Shown piece after piece: positions 9,303 to 19,799 of a stretch of DNA of 64,000 nt. This DNA is from Candidatus Omnitrophota bacterium (lineage in GTDB: Bacteria > Omnitrophota > Gorgyraeia > JAGLLT01): positions 271,402-335,401 of the forward strand of contig DAOVJY010000001.1 in assembly GCA_030632085.1 (NCBI GenBank), in the 5' to 3' direction. Position 1 is the stretch's first letter, and each line of letters starts with the position of its first letter. The notes below the pieces were generated by a model. It saw nothing but the letters and a program-made list of their open reading frames with translations, was not told where the DNA came from and did not search any database. A program made the translations under genes and the position numbers.

Positions 9303-10819
9303 CTCTTCAACCTTTCGATCTTTTCCTCAACGCCTTTTATGTCAGGGTCAATTTCTAATGATTTACGCCAACTTTCTTCGGCTTTCTCCATCTGGCCTCT
9401 TTTATAATATATGTCACCCAAATGATCAAAAATAATCGGGTCTTCAATTAATTGTGATGCCTTCTCAATTAATTCTTGGGCTTTTTCGAGTTTATCTAAT
9501 TTATAATATATCCACCCTAAACTATCTATAAATGCCCCATTATTCGGTACTATTTCAAGGGCTTTATTTAACATTTTTTCTGCCTTTTCTAAATTAATCC
9601 CTTCCTCAGCATACATGTACCCTAAATAATTAAGGGCATCGGCATTATTAGGATTTAATTCAATTGCTTTCTCGAACTCACCCGCGGCCTTATCCCTCTC
9701 ATTATTATTTTCATAATAAACACCTAAATAAAAATACGCCAGGTCACTTTCAGGATTAACCTCTTGAGCATTTCTATAAGATTCGATGGCTAAATCATTG
9801 ACACCCTGTTTCTGATAGATAGTGCCTAAAGCAATATAAACTCTGCCGAGTTGAGATACATTTTCTTCAAGTGCCTTTTTCAAAATCTCGATGCTTTTAT
9901 CAAGTTGTTCTTCATCAGCATACAAATAAGCTAAAGCTATATATGAAGAAGTATCTTCCGGATACAACTTAAGCACCAACTCATATCTAACAATTGCTTT
10001 TTCATAATCCTTTTTATTAATATAAAGTTGTCCCAGCTGTTTATAGACGTTGATGTTTAAGGGATCTCTTTTTAAAGACTCCTCATAATAAAATATTGCC
10101 TGATCGCTATTTCCTTGAATTTCATTTATAAGAGCTAAACTCAAATAGGCGGGCACAAAATCATCATCAAGCTCACGGGCCTTATCAAACCGATTAATAG
10201 CTTTATCGAAATCTTCAATGTGCAGGTAAATGAGACCTAGATTAAAATAGAGAATCGGCAAATCATCAACTTGCTCAACAAGCTTTTCATAAATCTCAAT
10301 AGCCTTCTGATTCTTGCCTTGAAAAACTAATATATCAGCCAAAGACGATAAAGCAATTTTATCTATTGGGTTAACTTCAATAATTTTCTCGTATTCAGCA
10401 ACGGCTAAATCATAATTTTTTTCAAAGGTGTGGATATAAGCCAGAAGCGCATGCGCCTCAATACTTTGAGGATTAACTTGCAGCGCTTTATCAATATATT
10501 GTTTAGCATTCTCAAATTCATTAAGATTAATATAATCTTGGGCTATTTTAAGATAAATCCAGGAAGCGCCTTCATTATACTCCAAAGCCTTATTATATTC
10601 GGCTATGCCCTTATCAAGCTCTCGCTGCTTGTCAAATATCAAACCCATCATAAAATGAGCATACGCTTTCGCATCACGCTCAGTTTGCACATTTTTTGCA
10701 TTAACTTTGGCGCTTAAAATAGGGGTTCCCGCGAAGTTCAACGTCGCTATAATTACCAAGAATAAAAGTGGCGCCAGGCAGGCCCTAAGTTTAGGAAAAC
10801 TTATAGACAAATGCCTCAT
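9299..10819 (-). CDS. Exported tetratricopeptide-repeat protein
   Basis: Signal peptide, many TPRs, ALNYLGY/DSLGW/DHLGD C-terminal motifs. Confidence 0.9.
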   Translation of the reverse strand: MRHLSISFPKLRACLAPLLFLVIIATLNFAGTPILSAKVNAKNVQTERDAKAYAHFMMGLIFDKQRELDKGIAEYNKALEYNEGASWIYLKIAQDYINLNEFENAKQYIDKALQVNPQSIEAHALLAYIHTFEKNYDLAVAEYEKIIEVNPIDKIALSSLADILVFQGKNQKAIEIYEKLVEQVDDLPILYFNLGLIYLHIEDFDKAINRFDKARELDDDFVPAYLSLALINEIQGNSDQAIFYYEESLKRDPLNINVYKQLGQLYINKKDYEKAIVRYELVLKLYPEDTSSYIALAYLYADEEQLDKSIEILKKALEENVSQLGRVYIALGTIYQKQGVNDLAIESYRNAQEVNPESDLAYFYLGVYYENNNERDKAAGEFEKAIELNPNNADALNYLGYMYAEEGINLEKAEKMLNKALEIVPNNGAFIDSLGWIYYKLDKLEKAQELIEKASQLIEDPIIFDHLGDIYYKRGQMEKAEESWRKSLEIDPDIKGVEEKIERLKR

Positions 10820-10820
10820 T

Positions 10821-10916
10821 TTACTTATTCTTTTTCTTGTGCCTATCTCTTTTTAATCTTTTCTTGCGTTTATGTTTAGCTATTTTTTTTCTTTTTCTTT
10901 TTTTACCGCAAGGCAT
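10821..10916 (-). CDS. 31-aa basic protein, bS22 / AURKAIP1-COX24 family
   Basis: Manual translation MPCGKKRKRKKIAKHKRKKRLKRDRHKKKNK*; GAGGAG RBS upstream; below ORF track cutoff. Confidence 0.88.
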   Translation of the reverse strand: MPCGKKRKRKKIAKHKRKKRLKRDRHKKKNK

Positions 10917-10954
10917 TTTACACTCCTCATATAATATGTCTATTAGACGCGTTA

Positions 10955-11103
10955 AATAACCAATAACCAAGTTACAAGATACAAACAATATTCAAATTCC
11001 AATATCCAATCACCAAACCGCTATCCTTGTTTTATTTCTGTTTGATTATTCGAATTTGGTTATTGGTCATTGTTTGGTTATTGTATCTTGTTTCTTGTAT
11101 CTT
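10955..11103. repeat. Heptamer-built imperfect inverted repeat (large hairpin)
   Basis: Left arm AATAACC AATAACC AAGTTAC AAGATAC AAACAAT...; right arm ...ATTGTTT GGTTATT GTATCTT GTTTCTT GTATCTT is its approximate reverse complement. Confidence 0.85.
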
Positions 11104-11126
11104 AAAGTTATCATTTTACCCCATTA

Positions 11127-11996
11127 TTAGTAAATCGCTTTATTTAAAGGATATTCAATGATTCCAACAACTCCGGCCCGCTTGAGCTTGGGTATCAACT
11201 CTCTAACTTCTTTTTCAGATATAATGGTTTCAACCGCTACCCAATTGCTTTGAGTTAAACTGGATATAGTAGGCTTTTGCATGGCAGGAAGAATTTTTAA
11301 AATTTTCTTCAAATTTTTCTCCATAACATTCATTTTAAGGCCAACCATCTCTTCTGCCAATATCGCCCCTTTTAAAAGAAGGGCCATATTCTCAATTTTT
11401 TTCTTCTTTGACGCGTTCTTCCAGGTTTTCTTATTTGCTATCAACCAAGTCGTTGAATAGCAAACAACATCAATTATTTTAAGATTATTAGCGCGAAGGC
11501 TTGAGCCGGTTTCAGTTAATTCAACAATAGCATCAACCAGTTCCGGAACCTTAATCTCTGTGGCTCCCCAGCTAAATTCAACTTCAGCATTAACTTTGTT
11601 CCTCTTGAGATATTTCTTGGTAACATTTACCAGTTCGGTAGCTATTCTGCAACCTTTTAAGTCTCTTACTTTTTTAATAGGAGAATCCTTAGCAACGGCG
11701 ACCACCCATCTAACGGGATTAAGGCTCTGCTTGGCATATCTTAATTCAGCTACCCTGACAACATCAGATGAGTTCTCTTCAATCCAGTCGTTACCCGTTA
11801 AACCGCAATCTAAAACACCTTCTTCAACATACCTGGACATCTCCTGCGCTCTTATTAGTAGACAGTTTATCTCATCATCATCTATCGATGGTATATAAGA
11901 ACGTGAAGAACAAGCCACACTGAACCCGGCTTTTTTAAATAATTTAAAAGTTGCCTCTTGCAAGCTGCCCTTTGGTAATCCCAACTTAACTTTCAT
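11127..11996 (-). CDS. hisG: ATP phosphoribosyltransferase, long form
   Basis: [30 protein letters not shown]-terminal regulatory domain. Confidence 0.97.
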   Translation of the reverse strand: MKVKLGLPKGSLQEATFKLFKKAGFSVACSSRSYIPSIDDDEINCLLIRAQEMSRYVEEGVLDCGLTGNDWIEENSSDVVRVAELRYAKQSLNPVRWVVAVAKDSPIKKVRDLKGCRIATELVNVTKKYLKRNKVNAEVEFSWGATEIKVPELVDAIVELTETGSSLRANNLKIIDVVCYSTTWLIANKKTWKNASKKKKIENMALLLKGAILAEEMVGLKMNVMEKNLKKILKILPAMQKPTISSLTQSNWVAVETIISEKEVRELIPKLKRAGVVGIIEYPLNKAIY

Positions 11997-12319
11997 CTAA
12001 TTTTTCCTCTTTTAAAACCTTATAATTTTCCTTATTTGACCACATTGCGTTTATAGCGCTTCTTAGCATCTTTCGCTCTGGTTTTTGGATTAATATCCCA
12101 TGTTTTTCGTATCTTGATAGAAGTATCACCTTTAAATCACTGGAAATTTATTTTATACTATGTATCGGGCTAATGTCAACTAAAAATATATAAATTCTTT
12201 ATATTAGACCCGGATTATGTACCTATTGCAAATATCTTATTATTTTTTCCTTGTAAAAGGCTTTAGGTGTGATATAATTTTTCCATTACCGAATTTTACA
12301 TTTCTTAAAGGAGAAAAAA

Positions 12320-13921
12320 GTGCTTAATATACTAAGAAAAAAAGAAAACATGCGTGTAATACTTTGGGTCATATGCGTTATTATTATAGTTACCTTTGTC
12401 TTTTTCGGAATGAGGGCACCGAATATTAATCGGGGGCCTTCTTCACAATACGCCGGAATTGCCTTTGGAAAGAAAATATCAAACGAAGATTATGCCAAAA
12501 GCTACAAAGCTTGCTATAATCAAGCTCTCATGCTCTACGGAAACGAACTGCCTAAAGCCATTGAGCATCTTAATTTAAAAATGCAGGCATGGGAAAGAAT
12601 CATCCTTACAAAAGAAGCAAACAATCAACATATAGCCATCAGTGACGATAAGGTTAGAAACAGGATAATTGCCATTTTTGGGGGCCCGGAGGACTTTGAC
12701 AAAGAAAAATATGAGGTTATATTAGCTAACTATTTTAATACATCCCCACGCGCTTTTGAAAAAGAAATTAGAGATTCTCTAAAAATTAGTAAGCTTCTTG
12801 AAACCGTTGCTTCAAATATAATTATTTCTGATGAAGAAATTTTAGAAATGTACAAAATGGAAAATGAAAAAGTAAAAGTTGCCTATATTACAGTAGAACC
12901 GGCGAGTTTTGTTGATACAATTACCCCCAGCGACACTGCCCTAAAAGCATATTATAATGAAAATAAAGATTTATTTAAAACCCAACCAAAAATTAATGTG
13001 CAGTATATAGTTCTATCCACAAACAAAAACATAAGTAATGTTGAAGTGAGCCAGGAGGAAATTGAAAGTTATTATGCTTCATATAGGGAAAATTTCCTAA
13101 TTGCATTAGAAGCCGGGACGGAATCAGAAGAACCACAATACAAGCCTCTCGCTAATGTTAAAAAGGAAATTGAAACAGTTCTTTTAAAACAACAAGCTAA
13201 AGAACTAGCTCTTGATCAAGCGGTCATAGCTGAACAGCAAATCAGCGATGGTGCAACTCTTGACGAAGTCGCCAAAAAATGTAACTTAGAAATCAAAGAA
13301 ACCGGCCTTTTCTCGGCCGCTGAATCTATCCCCGAAATAGGTTGGAATTTCCAATTCTTAAAAACAGCTTTTAGTTTACAAGAAGGTGAGGAAAGCGAAA
13401 TCACTGAAATGCCTGACGGATACTACATCTTAAAGCTAAAAGAAAGAAAAAGTTCTTATATTCCGGAATTCAATGGTACAAAAGATAGAGTCAAACAGGC
13501 ATATGTGGCCAAAGAGGCGGTTGCATTAGCAAACAATAAAGCCGCCGACTATCAAGCCGACTTCAAAAATCAAATAACTGAGGTTAAAAATTTTAAAGAA
13601 ATAGCTAAATCGTTAAATTTAAAAGTAGAGGAAACCGACTTCTTTTCATACAATGACTATGTTCAGGGCGTAGGCAAGTCTCCTGATTTTAACAATGCGG
13701 CTTTTACATTAAAAAAAGGTCAAGTTTCAGATGTCATCGCCACTTCAAAAAACTTAATTATTCTAACTCTTAAAGATAAGTCTTTTATAGATAAAAAACA
13801 GTTTGAAAGTGACAAAGAAGAATTCAGTAAAAAGGCTCTTCAAATAAAAGAAGAGGAAATCTTTCAGGTTTGGCTTAATAATCTTTTGGAAAAGGCTAAT
13901 TTAAAAAATAACACACAGTAA
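12320..13921 (+). CDS. Membrane-anchored SurA/PpiD-like chaperone
   Basis: N-terminal TM, SurA N-domain, degenerate rotamase segments (AFSLQEGEES, GYYILKL). Confidence 0.85.
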   Translation: MLNILRKKENMRVILWVICVIIIVTFVFFGMRAPNINRGPSSQYAGIAFGKKISNEDYAKSYKACYNQALMLYGNELPKAIEHLNLKMQAWERIILTKEANNQHIAISDDKVRNRIIAIFGGPEDFDKEKYEVILANYFNTSPRAFEKEIRDSLKISKLLETVASNIIISDEEILEMYKMENEKVKVAYITVEPASFVDTITPSDTALKAYYNENKDLFKTQPKINVQYIVLSTNKNISNVEVSQEEIESYYASYRENFLIALEAGTESEEPQYKPLANVKKEIETVLLKQQAKELALDQAVIAEQQISDGATLDEVAKKCNLEIKETGLFSAAESIPEIGWNFQFLKTAFSLQEGEESEITEMPDGYYILKLKERKSSYIPEFNGTKDRVKQAYVAKEAVALANNKAADYQADFKNQITEVKNFKEIAKSLNLKVEETDFFSYNDYVQGVGKSPDFNNAAFTLKKGQVSDVIATSKNLIILTLKDKSFIDKKQFESDKEEFSKKALQIKEEEIFQVWLNNLLEKANLKNNTQ

Positions 13922-14065
13922 TTTTATTTTACGGATGGTTTTTACTGCAGTTTTTTTATTCTCATAGTACTATAAATTGGAAGCATTACATAAATAAATA
14001 ACATCTCAATGTATCTAATGGTACCCCCCCCCTAAATAGTAAAGGTTTAATAAAAAAATAACAAG

Positions 14066-14119
14066 AAAACCTCCAGCTAATTAGTGCGCCTAAAATATGG
14101 CGCAAATAATACTGGAGGC
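14066..14119 (-). terminator. Long hairpin, probable terminator of the nrdR-nrdD-trx operon
   Basis: CCTCCAG...GCGCC...GGCGC...CTGGAGG nested stem with T-rich run on minus strand; lies between convergent genes. Confidence 0.6.
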
Positions 14120-14159
14120 CAATGAAAGACTTTCTAATCGTCTTTAAAGATTTTCTACA

Positions 14160-14426
14160 TCATAAAATGTAAGTTTTAAATTCGTCCGATTTAGGAACCT
14201 CTCCGTCCCAACGAGCTACAACACTACCATCTTTTTCTAAGATTGTCGCTGGAATATTAAGAACATCATTCATAGCTGCTTCAGTAAGGCCTTCAACTGA
14301 ATCCATATCAAGAAATGAAATCTTCAACCTGTTTGCCAAGTTCCACTTGTTTATAAAAAATTCTATTTTACTCTTAGTGGTCTTACACTTGGCGCAATTT
14401 TGTTTGCCGAATATTTTAATATGCAC
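14160..14426 (-). CDS. Small thioredoxin/glutaredoxin-like protein (NrdH-like role possible)
   Basis: IKIFGKQNCAKC CxxC, cis-Pro region NIPATI; directly after nrdD. Confidence 0.85.
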   Translation of the reverse strand: MHIKIFGKQNCAKCKTTKSKIEFFINKWNLANRLKISFLDMDSVEGLTEAAMNDVLNIPATILEKDGSVVARWDGEVPKSDEFKTYIL

Positions 14427-14464
14427 AGCTTTGCCCTCCCTAAATATATAAGGATAATAATATT

Positions 14465-16900
14465 TTATATAATGTTGTATTCACCCTTTTGACGATCTTT
14501 TAATTCACCTATTTTAGATTTATTCCAGTTATCAATTCTAGAATAATATCCAACAATTCTGGTTATACCGTAAATGTTATTTGATTCACAATGTCCGCAA
14601 TTTTCCACCAATCCCCTGGTTACCTTGCCGCAATCATTGCAAATGGTAAATTCAGGTGATATAGTCAACTGGGCCGCTTGAGTATTTTTATATGTTCTTT
14701 CCACCAGTTTAAGAATAGCCTCTTTAGACGGTTTGTTCTCACCAACAAAAGCGTGAATTATTGCACCCGACTCAATCATGGTATGAAATCTGCTCTGTTT
14801 TTGGATGCGGGTAATTAAGTCAATATCAGCATCAGCTCTAAAGTGAATTGAGTTTGTGTAATAAGGTTCATCTTTCTCGATATCACCTTTAACAACAATG
14901 TGGGCTTCAGGATAATCCTTAAGATCCACCTTGGCCAACCTTCTCGCGGCTGATTCTGCCGGTGACTCTTCCAATGAGAAATTCAAACCCAACTTCTTTT
15001 CTTCTTGTTTTGACCTTAAGAACATATGCGAAATAATCTTTAACCCCAGTTTATAAGCTTCGTCATTCTCATGAAGCTCCTTACCAATTAAAGCCTGGAC
15101 ACATTCATTAAGGCCGATAATGCCAACAATATAAGTGGCTTGATCTAAATCTATATACGGCCTACCATCCTTAGCTATCTTACCAACTTCCCACATGGGC
15201 ATACCGGGCTCACTCATTAGCTTGGCAATAAACTCTCTCTTCTGCATATGCGCCTTAAAAACTAAGTTCATAGCTTTATCTATCTCATCAAAAACTCCCT
15301 GGATATTATCCTTACCGGCTCTATAAGCTGCCTGAGGTAAGTTAACAGTTACATTCTGAAAACCACAGAACCTCATTGACTCCGGATGTTTTATCATGTA
15401 GTTATCTGTTATTTGAGTTCTGAGTCGACAACAAGCAGAAAGAGTTACCTCATCTCTATCAAAGATAAAATAAGTAGAGCCATTTTCACTGGCTATCTGA
15501 GCGGCATAATCTAAAAGTTCACGTTGCTTCGGATCCTCAAATGATTCTTCAGTAATATGAAAATCACACTTAGGGAACGCAAAAGGATGTCCGTCGCGAT
15601 CACCTTCGCGCCAAACGCTCAACATTGCTTTGGCAAATTCACGAGCCGCTTCTTCATAATCTCCGTAACTCCTGCCCGTAAGTTTACCTCCCGCACCAAT
15701 AGCTGGAATATCTTTAAGGTAATTAGGTATACCCGCGTGAATATTAAAATCAATAAATAAACTTTGACCGCCTCTGGAAAACGCGTTCTGGCTGCCTGAG
15801 AATATCAAATACTGCGCTTCTTGTCTCATCTCTTTAAAACTCATGCCTTCTACATAAGGGGCATAAAAAATATTAACATAAGCTATACCCAAAGCCCCCG
15901 CGTAATAAGCCTGCATAGAAGCTAGGTAAGTATTAAGATGTCCTGTTAGTGTCCTGGCATGAGATGCCGGAGCGCTTGATGTATCCAAATTGCCTAAGTC
16001 CAAACCGTATTTCTTAATATATTCCAAAGAATGACTACTGCAATAAACTCGGGGATATCCAAGATCATGGATATGAACCACGCCTTTTAAATGTCCTGTA
16101 GCCACATCCGTAGAGAAAACATTCTGCAGCATATACTGTTTTAATGTTGTCTCGGCTATGGCCAGATTAATCGCTTCCGGATTATTAGACGTAATATTGC
16201 TATTTTCGGCACTTTTAGAATAAATAAGTTGTTCGATATCAAAGGAGGGCATACCAATCATAGCTTGCTTTTTAAGTTTCTTGCCTAAACCTCTTTCAAA
16301 AAGTTCATTATCTACCAGCTCTCTAATAAGAGAGGTGGATATCTGTCCGATTCCTGACTTGAATATTTTTCGCTCAACACTTGAAGCTATTTCCCAAGAA
16401 AGGTCTTCGGCAATCTTGGCCTCTTTCTGAAGGGCCTGAGCAATTCTCTGTTTCTCCCAATTTAATACTCTGTCCTTAGCTAAAGGAGTAACCAGTAATG
16501 CCAAATCGGTGGAATCTGTTCTTTCCTGAACTCTTTTTCTTACTTGGAGTTTCGTTCTTAAGTCCGCTCTTTTCTCACGATAAATAATATAGGCCTTAGC
16601 TGTTCTGGCGTGGCCTGTTTCAATCAAAACTTTTTCAACAATATCCTGAATTTCTTCAATCGAAGGATTTCCATCAACAAATTTCTTTTTTAGATAAAGA
16701 GTAACTACATTAGAAAGCTCTTCCGCCAGTAGCTTGTCTTCACCGCCTACCGCCTTAGCCGCTTTAAAAATCGCGACCTCAATCCTCTCTTTTAAAAATG
16801 GAATAACTCGGCCATTCCTCTTTCTGACATGCGTAAAACAGGGAGTCGTTTTGATGCCTGATGCAACTTTATTATTTGCGGCGGCAGTACCTTCTAACAT
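14465..16900 (-). CDS. nrdD: Anaerobic (class III) ribonucleoside-triphosphate reductase
   Basis: ATP cone (VRKRNG..KAYIIYR), HIHDL, YCSSH, SACCRL, YYTNS, CxxC..CxxC, glycyl-radical RIVGYY. Confidence 0.97.
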   Translation of the reverse strand: MLEGTAAANNKVASGIKTTPCFTHVRKRNGRVIPFLKERIEVAIFKAAKAVGGEDKLLAEELSNVVTLYLKKKFVDGNPSIEEIQDIVEKVLIETGHARTAKAYIIYREKRADLRTKLQVRKRVQERTDSTDLALLVTPLAKDRVLNWEKQRIAQALQKEAKIAEDLSWEIASSVERKIFKSGIGQISTSLIRELVDNELFERGLGKKLKKQAMIGMPSFDIEQLIYSKSAENSNITSNNPEAINLAIAETTLKQYMLQNVFSTDVATGHLKGVVHIHDLGYPRVYCSSHSLEYIKKYGLDLGNLDTSSAPASHARTLTGHLNTYLASMQAYYAGALGIAYVNIFYAPYVEGMSFKEMRQEAQYLIFSGSQNAFSRGGQSLFIDFNIHAGIPNYLKDIPAIGAGGKLTGRSYGDYEEAAREFAKAMLSVWREGDRDGHPFAFPKCDFHITEESFEDPKQRELLDYAAQIASENGSTYFIFDRDEVTLSACCRLRTQITDNYMIKHPESMRFCGFQNVTVNLPQAAYRAGKDNIQGVFDEIDKAMNLVFKAHMQKREFIAKLMSEPGMPMWEVGKIAKDGRPYIDLDQATYIVGIIGLNECVQALIGKELHENDEAYKLGLKIISHMFLRSKQEEKKLGLNFSLEESPAESAARRLAKVDLKDYPEAHIVVKGDIEKDEPYYTNSIHFRADADIDLITRIQKQSRFHTMIESGAIIHAFVGENKPSKEAILKLVERTYKNTQAAQLTISPEFTICNDCGKVTRGLVENCGHCESNNIYGITRIVGYYSRIDNWNKSKIGELKDRQKGEYNII

Positions 16901-16905
16901 TCTGC

Positions 16906-17367
16906 TTATCTCCTTTCCTTATCTAATATTTGCTTGAGTTCTTTCATGAATTGATTAACATCCTTAAATTCTCTGTACACAGAGGCAAATCTAACATACG
17001 CCACCTGGTCTAATTTTCCCAAGCGCTGCATTATAAGCTCCCCTATTTCAACAGATGCGACTTCTTTATCGAAATTTCTTTGAAGAGTTCTTTCAATATC
17101 ATCTACGGTTTCTTCTAATTTTTCAACACTAATCGGTCTCTTTTCACAAGACTTCACAAGTCCTGAAAGTACCTTTTTCCTGTCAAACGATTCTCTGCGG
17201 CCATCTTTTTTAAACACCATTAAAGATACGCCTTCTATATGTTCATAGGTTGTATAACGCCTTTGACATTTAAGACATTCCCTTCTTCGTCTAATGGCAT
17301 CACCTTCCTGTGAGGATCTGGAATCAACCACTTTGTCTTCTTCGTGACCGCAATAGGGACATTTCAT
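16906..17367 (-). CDS. nrdR: Transcriptional repressor NrdR
   Basis: [22 protein letters not shown] cone, [13 protein letters not shown]. Confidence 0.98.
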   Translation of the reverse strand: MKCPYCGHEEDKVVDSRSSQEGDAIRRRRECLKCQRRYTTYEHIEGVSLMVFKKDGRRESFDRKKVLSGLVKSCEKRPISVEKLEETVDDIERTLQRNFDKEVASVEIGELIMQRLGKLDQVAYVRFASVYREFKDVNQFMKELKQILDKERR

Positions 17368-17404
17368 TTTTTGATTGTTCCTTTTTATCAAATTTGGCGG
17401 GAAA

Positions 17405-17460
17405 CCACACTATATTGTGTATCAGTAGCTTAATTATACACTATATTTAGGATTTGTCAA
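17405..17460 (-). promoter_or_regulatory. Tandem NrdR boxes overlapping a sigma70 promoter
   Basis: CCACACTATATTGTGT (17405-20) and ATACACTATATTTAGG (17436-51), 31 bp apart; minus-strand TTGACA (17455-60) -16 nt- TATAAT (17433-38). Confidence 0.85.
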
Positions 17461-17530
17461 GGTGTAAAAAAATTATAATTTTTAATTATTTTAACAAAAA
17501 AGGATAATAATAAAACCCTTACATAAGCCA

Positions 17531-17989
17531 TTATTTCTTAAGATTACGAACCTTAATACCACTTTCCTTAAGAAGTTTTTTTGATTCTTTGTCAGGATAA
17601 GCCGCCGAAGTAATTATTTCTTTTATCCCTGAATTGATAATCATTTTGGCGCAGATAATACATGGATGAGTCGTACAATATAAAACGGAGTCTTTAATAC
17701 TTACTCCGTGAACCGCAGCCTGAATAATAGCGTTTTGCTCGGCATGCAGTCCTCGGCATAATTCGTGACGCTGCCCGGAAGGCACATGCATCTGTTCCCG
17801 CAGGCATCCACCTATCTGACCACAATGTTTTAGGCCTGAAGGCGCCCCGTTATAACCTGACGCAAGTATTCTTTTATCTTTAACAATTATCGCTCCGACT
17901 TTGCGTCTAAGACAAGTCGATCGCTTAGAGACAACCTTGGTTATTTCAATGAAATATTCATCCCAGCTAGGCCTAGTATTATCCTTCAC
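17531..17989 (-). CDS. dCMP deaminase family protein
   Basis: [25 protein letters not shown], PCxxC. Confidence 0.95.
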   Translation of the reverse strand: MKDNTRPSWDEYFIEITKVVSKRSTCLRRKVGAIIVKDKRILASGYNGAPSGLKHCGQIGGCLREQMHVPSGQRHELCRGLHAEQNAIIQAAVHGVSIKDSVLYCTTHPCIICAKMIINSGIKEIITSAAYPDKESKKLLKESGIKVRNLKK

Positions 17990-17994
17990 TTTTT

Positions 17995-19257
17995 TTAAGC
18001 TTTCTGCATCGACCTAATTCGCTCTTTGTAAAGAGGAAATTTATCAGTCAATTCTTTAACTATTTCTTTAGCGGTTTTTAATTTAGATCCGTTTTCAGGG
18101 TTTTTTAAAAGCATGTCAATTATTTCAGCGATTTTTACCATTTCAGCTTCTTTCATGCCTCTGCTGGTTACCGCCGGTGTTCCCATGCGAATTCCGCTGG
18201 TAACTAACGGTGAATTCTGATCAAAAGGAATCATATTCTTATTTACCGTAATTTTGGCTTCATCTAAAATATTAGCCGCGTCTTTTCCGGTTAAACTCAC
18301 GCTTGTTACATCTATTAAAAATAAATGGGTATCTGTTCCGCCTGAAACTATTCTTAAACCTCTTTTATCCAGTTCGGATGACAAGGCAGCGGCATTTTTC
18401 ACTATCTGTTTTTGATATTCTTTAAATTCCGGCTTCAAGGCCTCCTTGAAGGCAACGGCCTTAGCGGCAATAACATGCATTAAGGGCCCTCCCTGAATAC
18501 CTGGAAATATATTTACATCCACTTTCCTGGCGTACTCTTCTTTACACATTATCATACCGCCCCTGGGGCCACGAAGAGTTTTATGAGTTGTGGTGGTTAC
18601 AAAATCTGAAACTGCAACCGGATCCGGATGAAGTTTAGCGGCAACTAAGCCGGCAATGTGAGCTATGTCCACCATTAAGTAAGCGCCTACTTTCTTGGCA
18701 ATAGCGGAAAATTTCTCAAAATCCAGAATTCTGGGATAAGCACTAGCTCCGGCGACAATCATATTAGGTTTATGCTCAAGGGCAATCTTCTCTAATTCAT
18801 TATAATCAAGCTGCTCTGTCTCTTTATTTACTCCGTAAGGCACCACTTTGAAAAACTTGCCGGAGAAATTCATCTTATGCCCGTGAGTCAAGTGTCCTCC
18901 ATGAGCTAAATCAAGGGTCATTATTGTATCACCCGGTTTTAGTACTGATAAATAAGAAGCCATATTAGCTTGAGAACCGGAATGAGCCTGAACATTAACA
19001 TGTTCAGCCCCAAAAAGCTCTTTAGCTCTTTCAATCGCCAGGCTTTCGGCAACATCCACGAACTGACAACCGTTATACCAACGCTTGCCCGGATAACCTT
19101 CGGCGTATTTATTAGTCAGAGTCGAACCCTGAGCAAAAAGAACATTTTCAGAAACAAAGTTTTCGCTGGCTATAAACTCTAAATTATCATTTTGTCTTAT
19201 AGTTTCATCTAGAATAGCCTGGAATAATACCGGATCTGCGGCTTTAAGGTTGTGCAT
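17995..19257 (-). CDS. glyA: Serine hydroxymethyltransferase
   Basis: [27 protein letters not shown]. Confidence 0.98.
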   Translation of the reverse strand: MHNLKAADPVLFQAILDETIRQNDNLEFIASENFVSENVLFAQGSTLTNKYAEGYPGKRWYNGCQFVDVAESLAIERAKELFGAEHVNVQAHSGSQANMASYLSVLKPGDTIMTLDLAHGGHLTHGHKMNFSGKFFKVVPYGVNKETEQLDYNELEKIALEHKPNMIVAGASAYPRILDFEKFSAIAKKVGAYLMVDIAHIAGLVAAKLHPDPVAVSDFVTTTTHKTLRGPRGGMIMCKEEYARKVDVNIFPGIQGGPLMHVIAAKAVAFKEALKPEFKEYQKQIVKNAAALSSELDKRGLRIVSGGTDTHLFLIDVTSVSLTGKDAANILDEAKITVNKNMIPFDQNSPLVTSGIRMGTPAVTSRGMKEAEMVKIAEIIDMLLKNPENGSKLKTAKEIVKELTDKFPLYKERIRSMQKA

Positions 19258-19336
19258 TTTTTCTTACTCCTAGATTTAGGATTAATATTACAAAGATAAA
19301 AGTTACTATAAACAAGAATGAATTAATTTGCAAGCC

Positions 19337-19786
19337 TTATTTTGAATATTTTTTTTCAATCTCGTTAATTTTATCAACACGCCTCTGATGCCTGCCGCCC
19401 TCAAAGAAAGATCCAAACCAGATATCCAGCATTTTTTGGGCTTCTTCGACTGAAGTATATTTAGCCCCAAAAACGATAATATTAGCGTCATTATGAAGGC
19501 GTGAAAGTTTCGCCTGATCCTCATTTAAGCATAGGGCGGCTCGGACTCCCGGCACTTTATTGGCTGTCATTGACTGGCCTATACCTGTAGTACATATTAG
19601 AATGCCTTGATTGGCTTCCTTCTCGACCACCATATTAGCCACTACCAGGCCAAAGTCAGGATAATCCACACTCTGTTTAGAATCAGTCCCGCAATCAACT
19701 ACCTCGATTTTTTTAGATTTCAAATAACCTATCAACGATTCCTTTAACTCATAACCTCCGTGATCTGCTCCAATTGCAATTTTCAT
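19337..19786 (-). CDS. rpiB: Ribose-5-phosphate isomerase B
   Basis: MKIAIGADHGG, DYPD, ANKVPGVRAA, FEGGRHQRR; ATG 19786 has a GGAG RBS. Confidence 0.96.
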   Translation of the reverse strand: MKIAIGADHGGYELKESLIGYLKSKKIEVVDCGTDSKQSVDYPDFGLVVANMVVEKEANQGILICTTGIGQSMTANKVPGVRAALCLNEDQAKLSRLHNDANIIVFGAKYTSVEEAQKMLDIWFGSFFEGGRHQRRVDKINEIEKKYSK

Positions 19787-19799
19787 TTTTTCTCCTATC

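Noticed and set aside
14066-14119. c-di-GMP riboswitch
   Set aside because: Lacks the GGCAAA/GAAA-tetraloop P2 and lies between convergent genes; a terminator fits better
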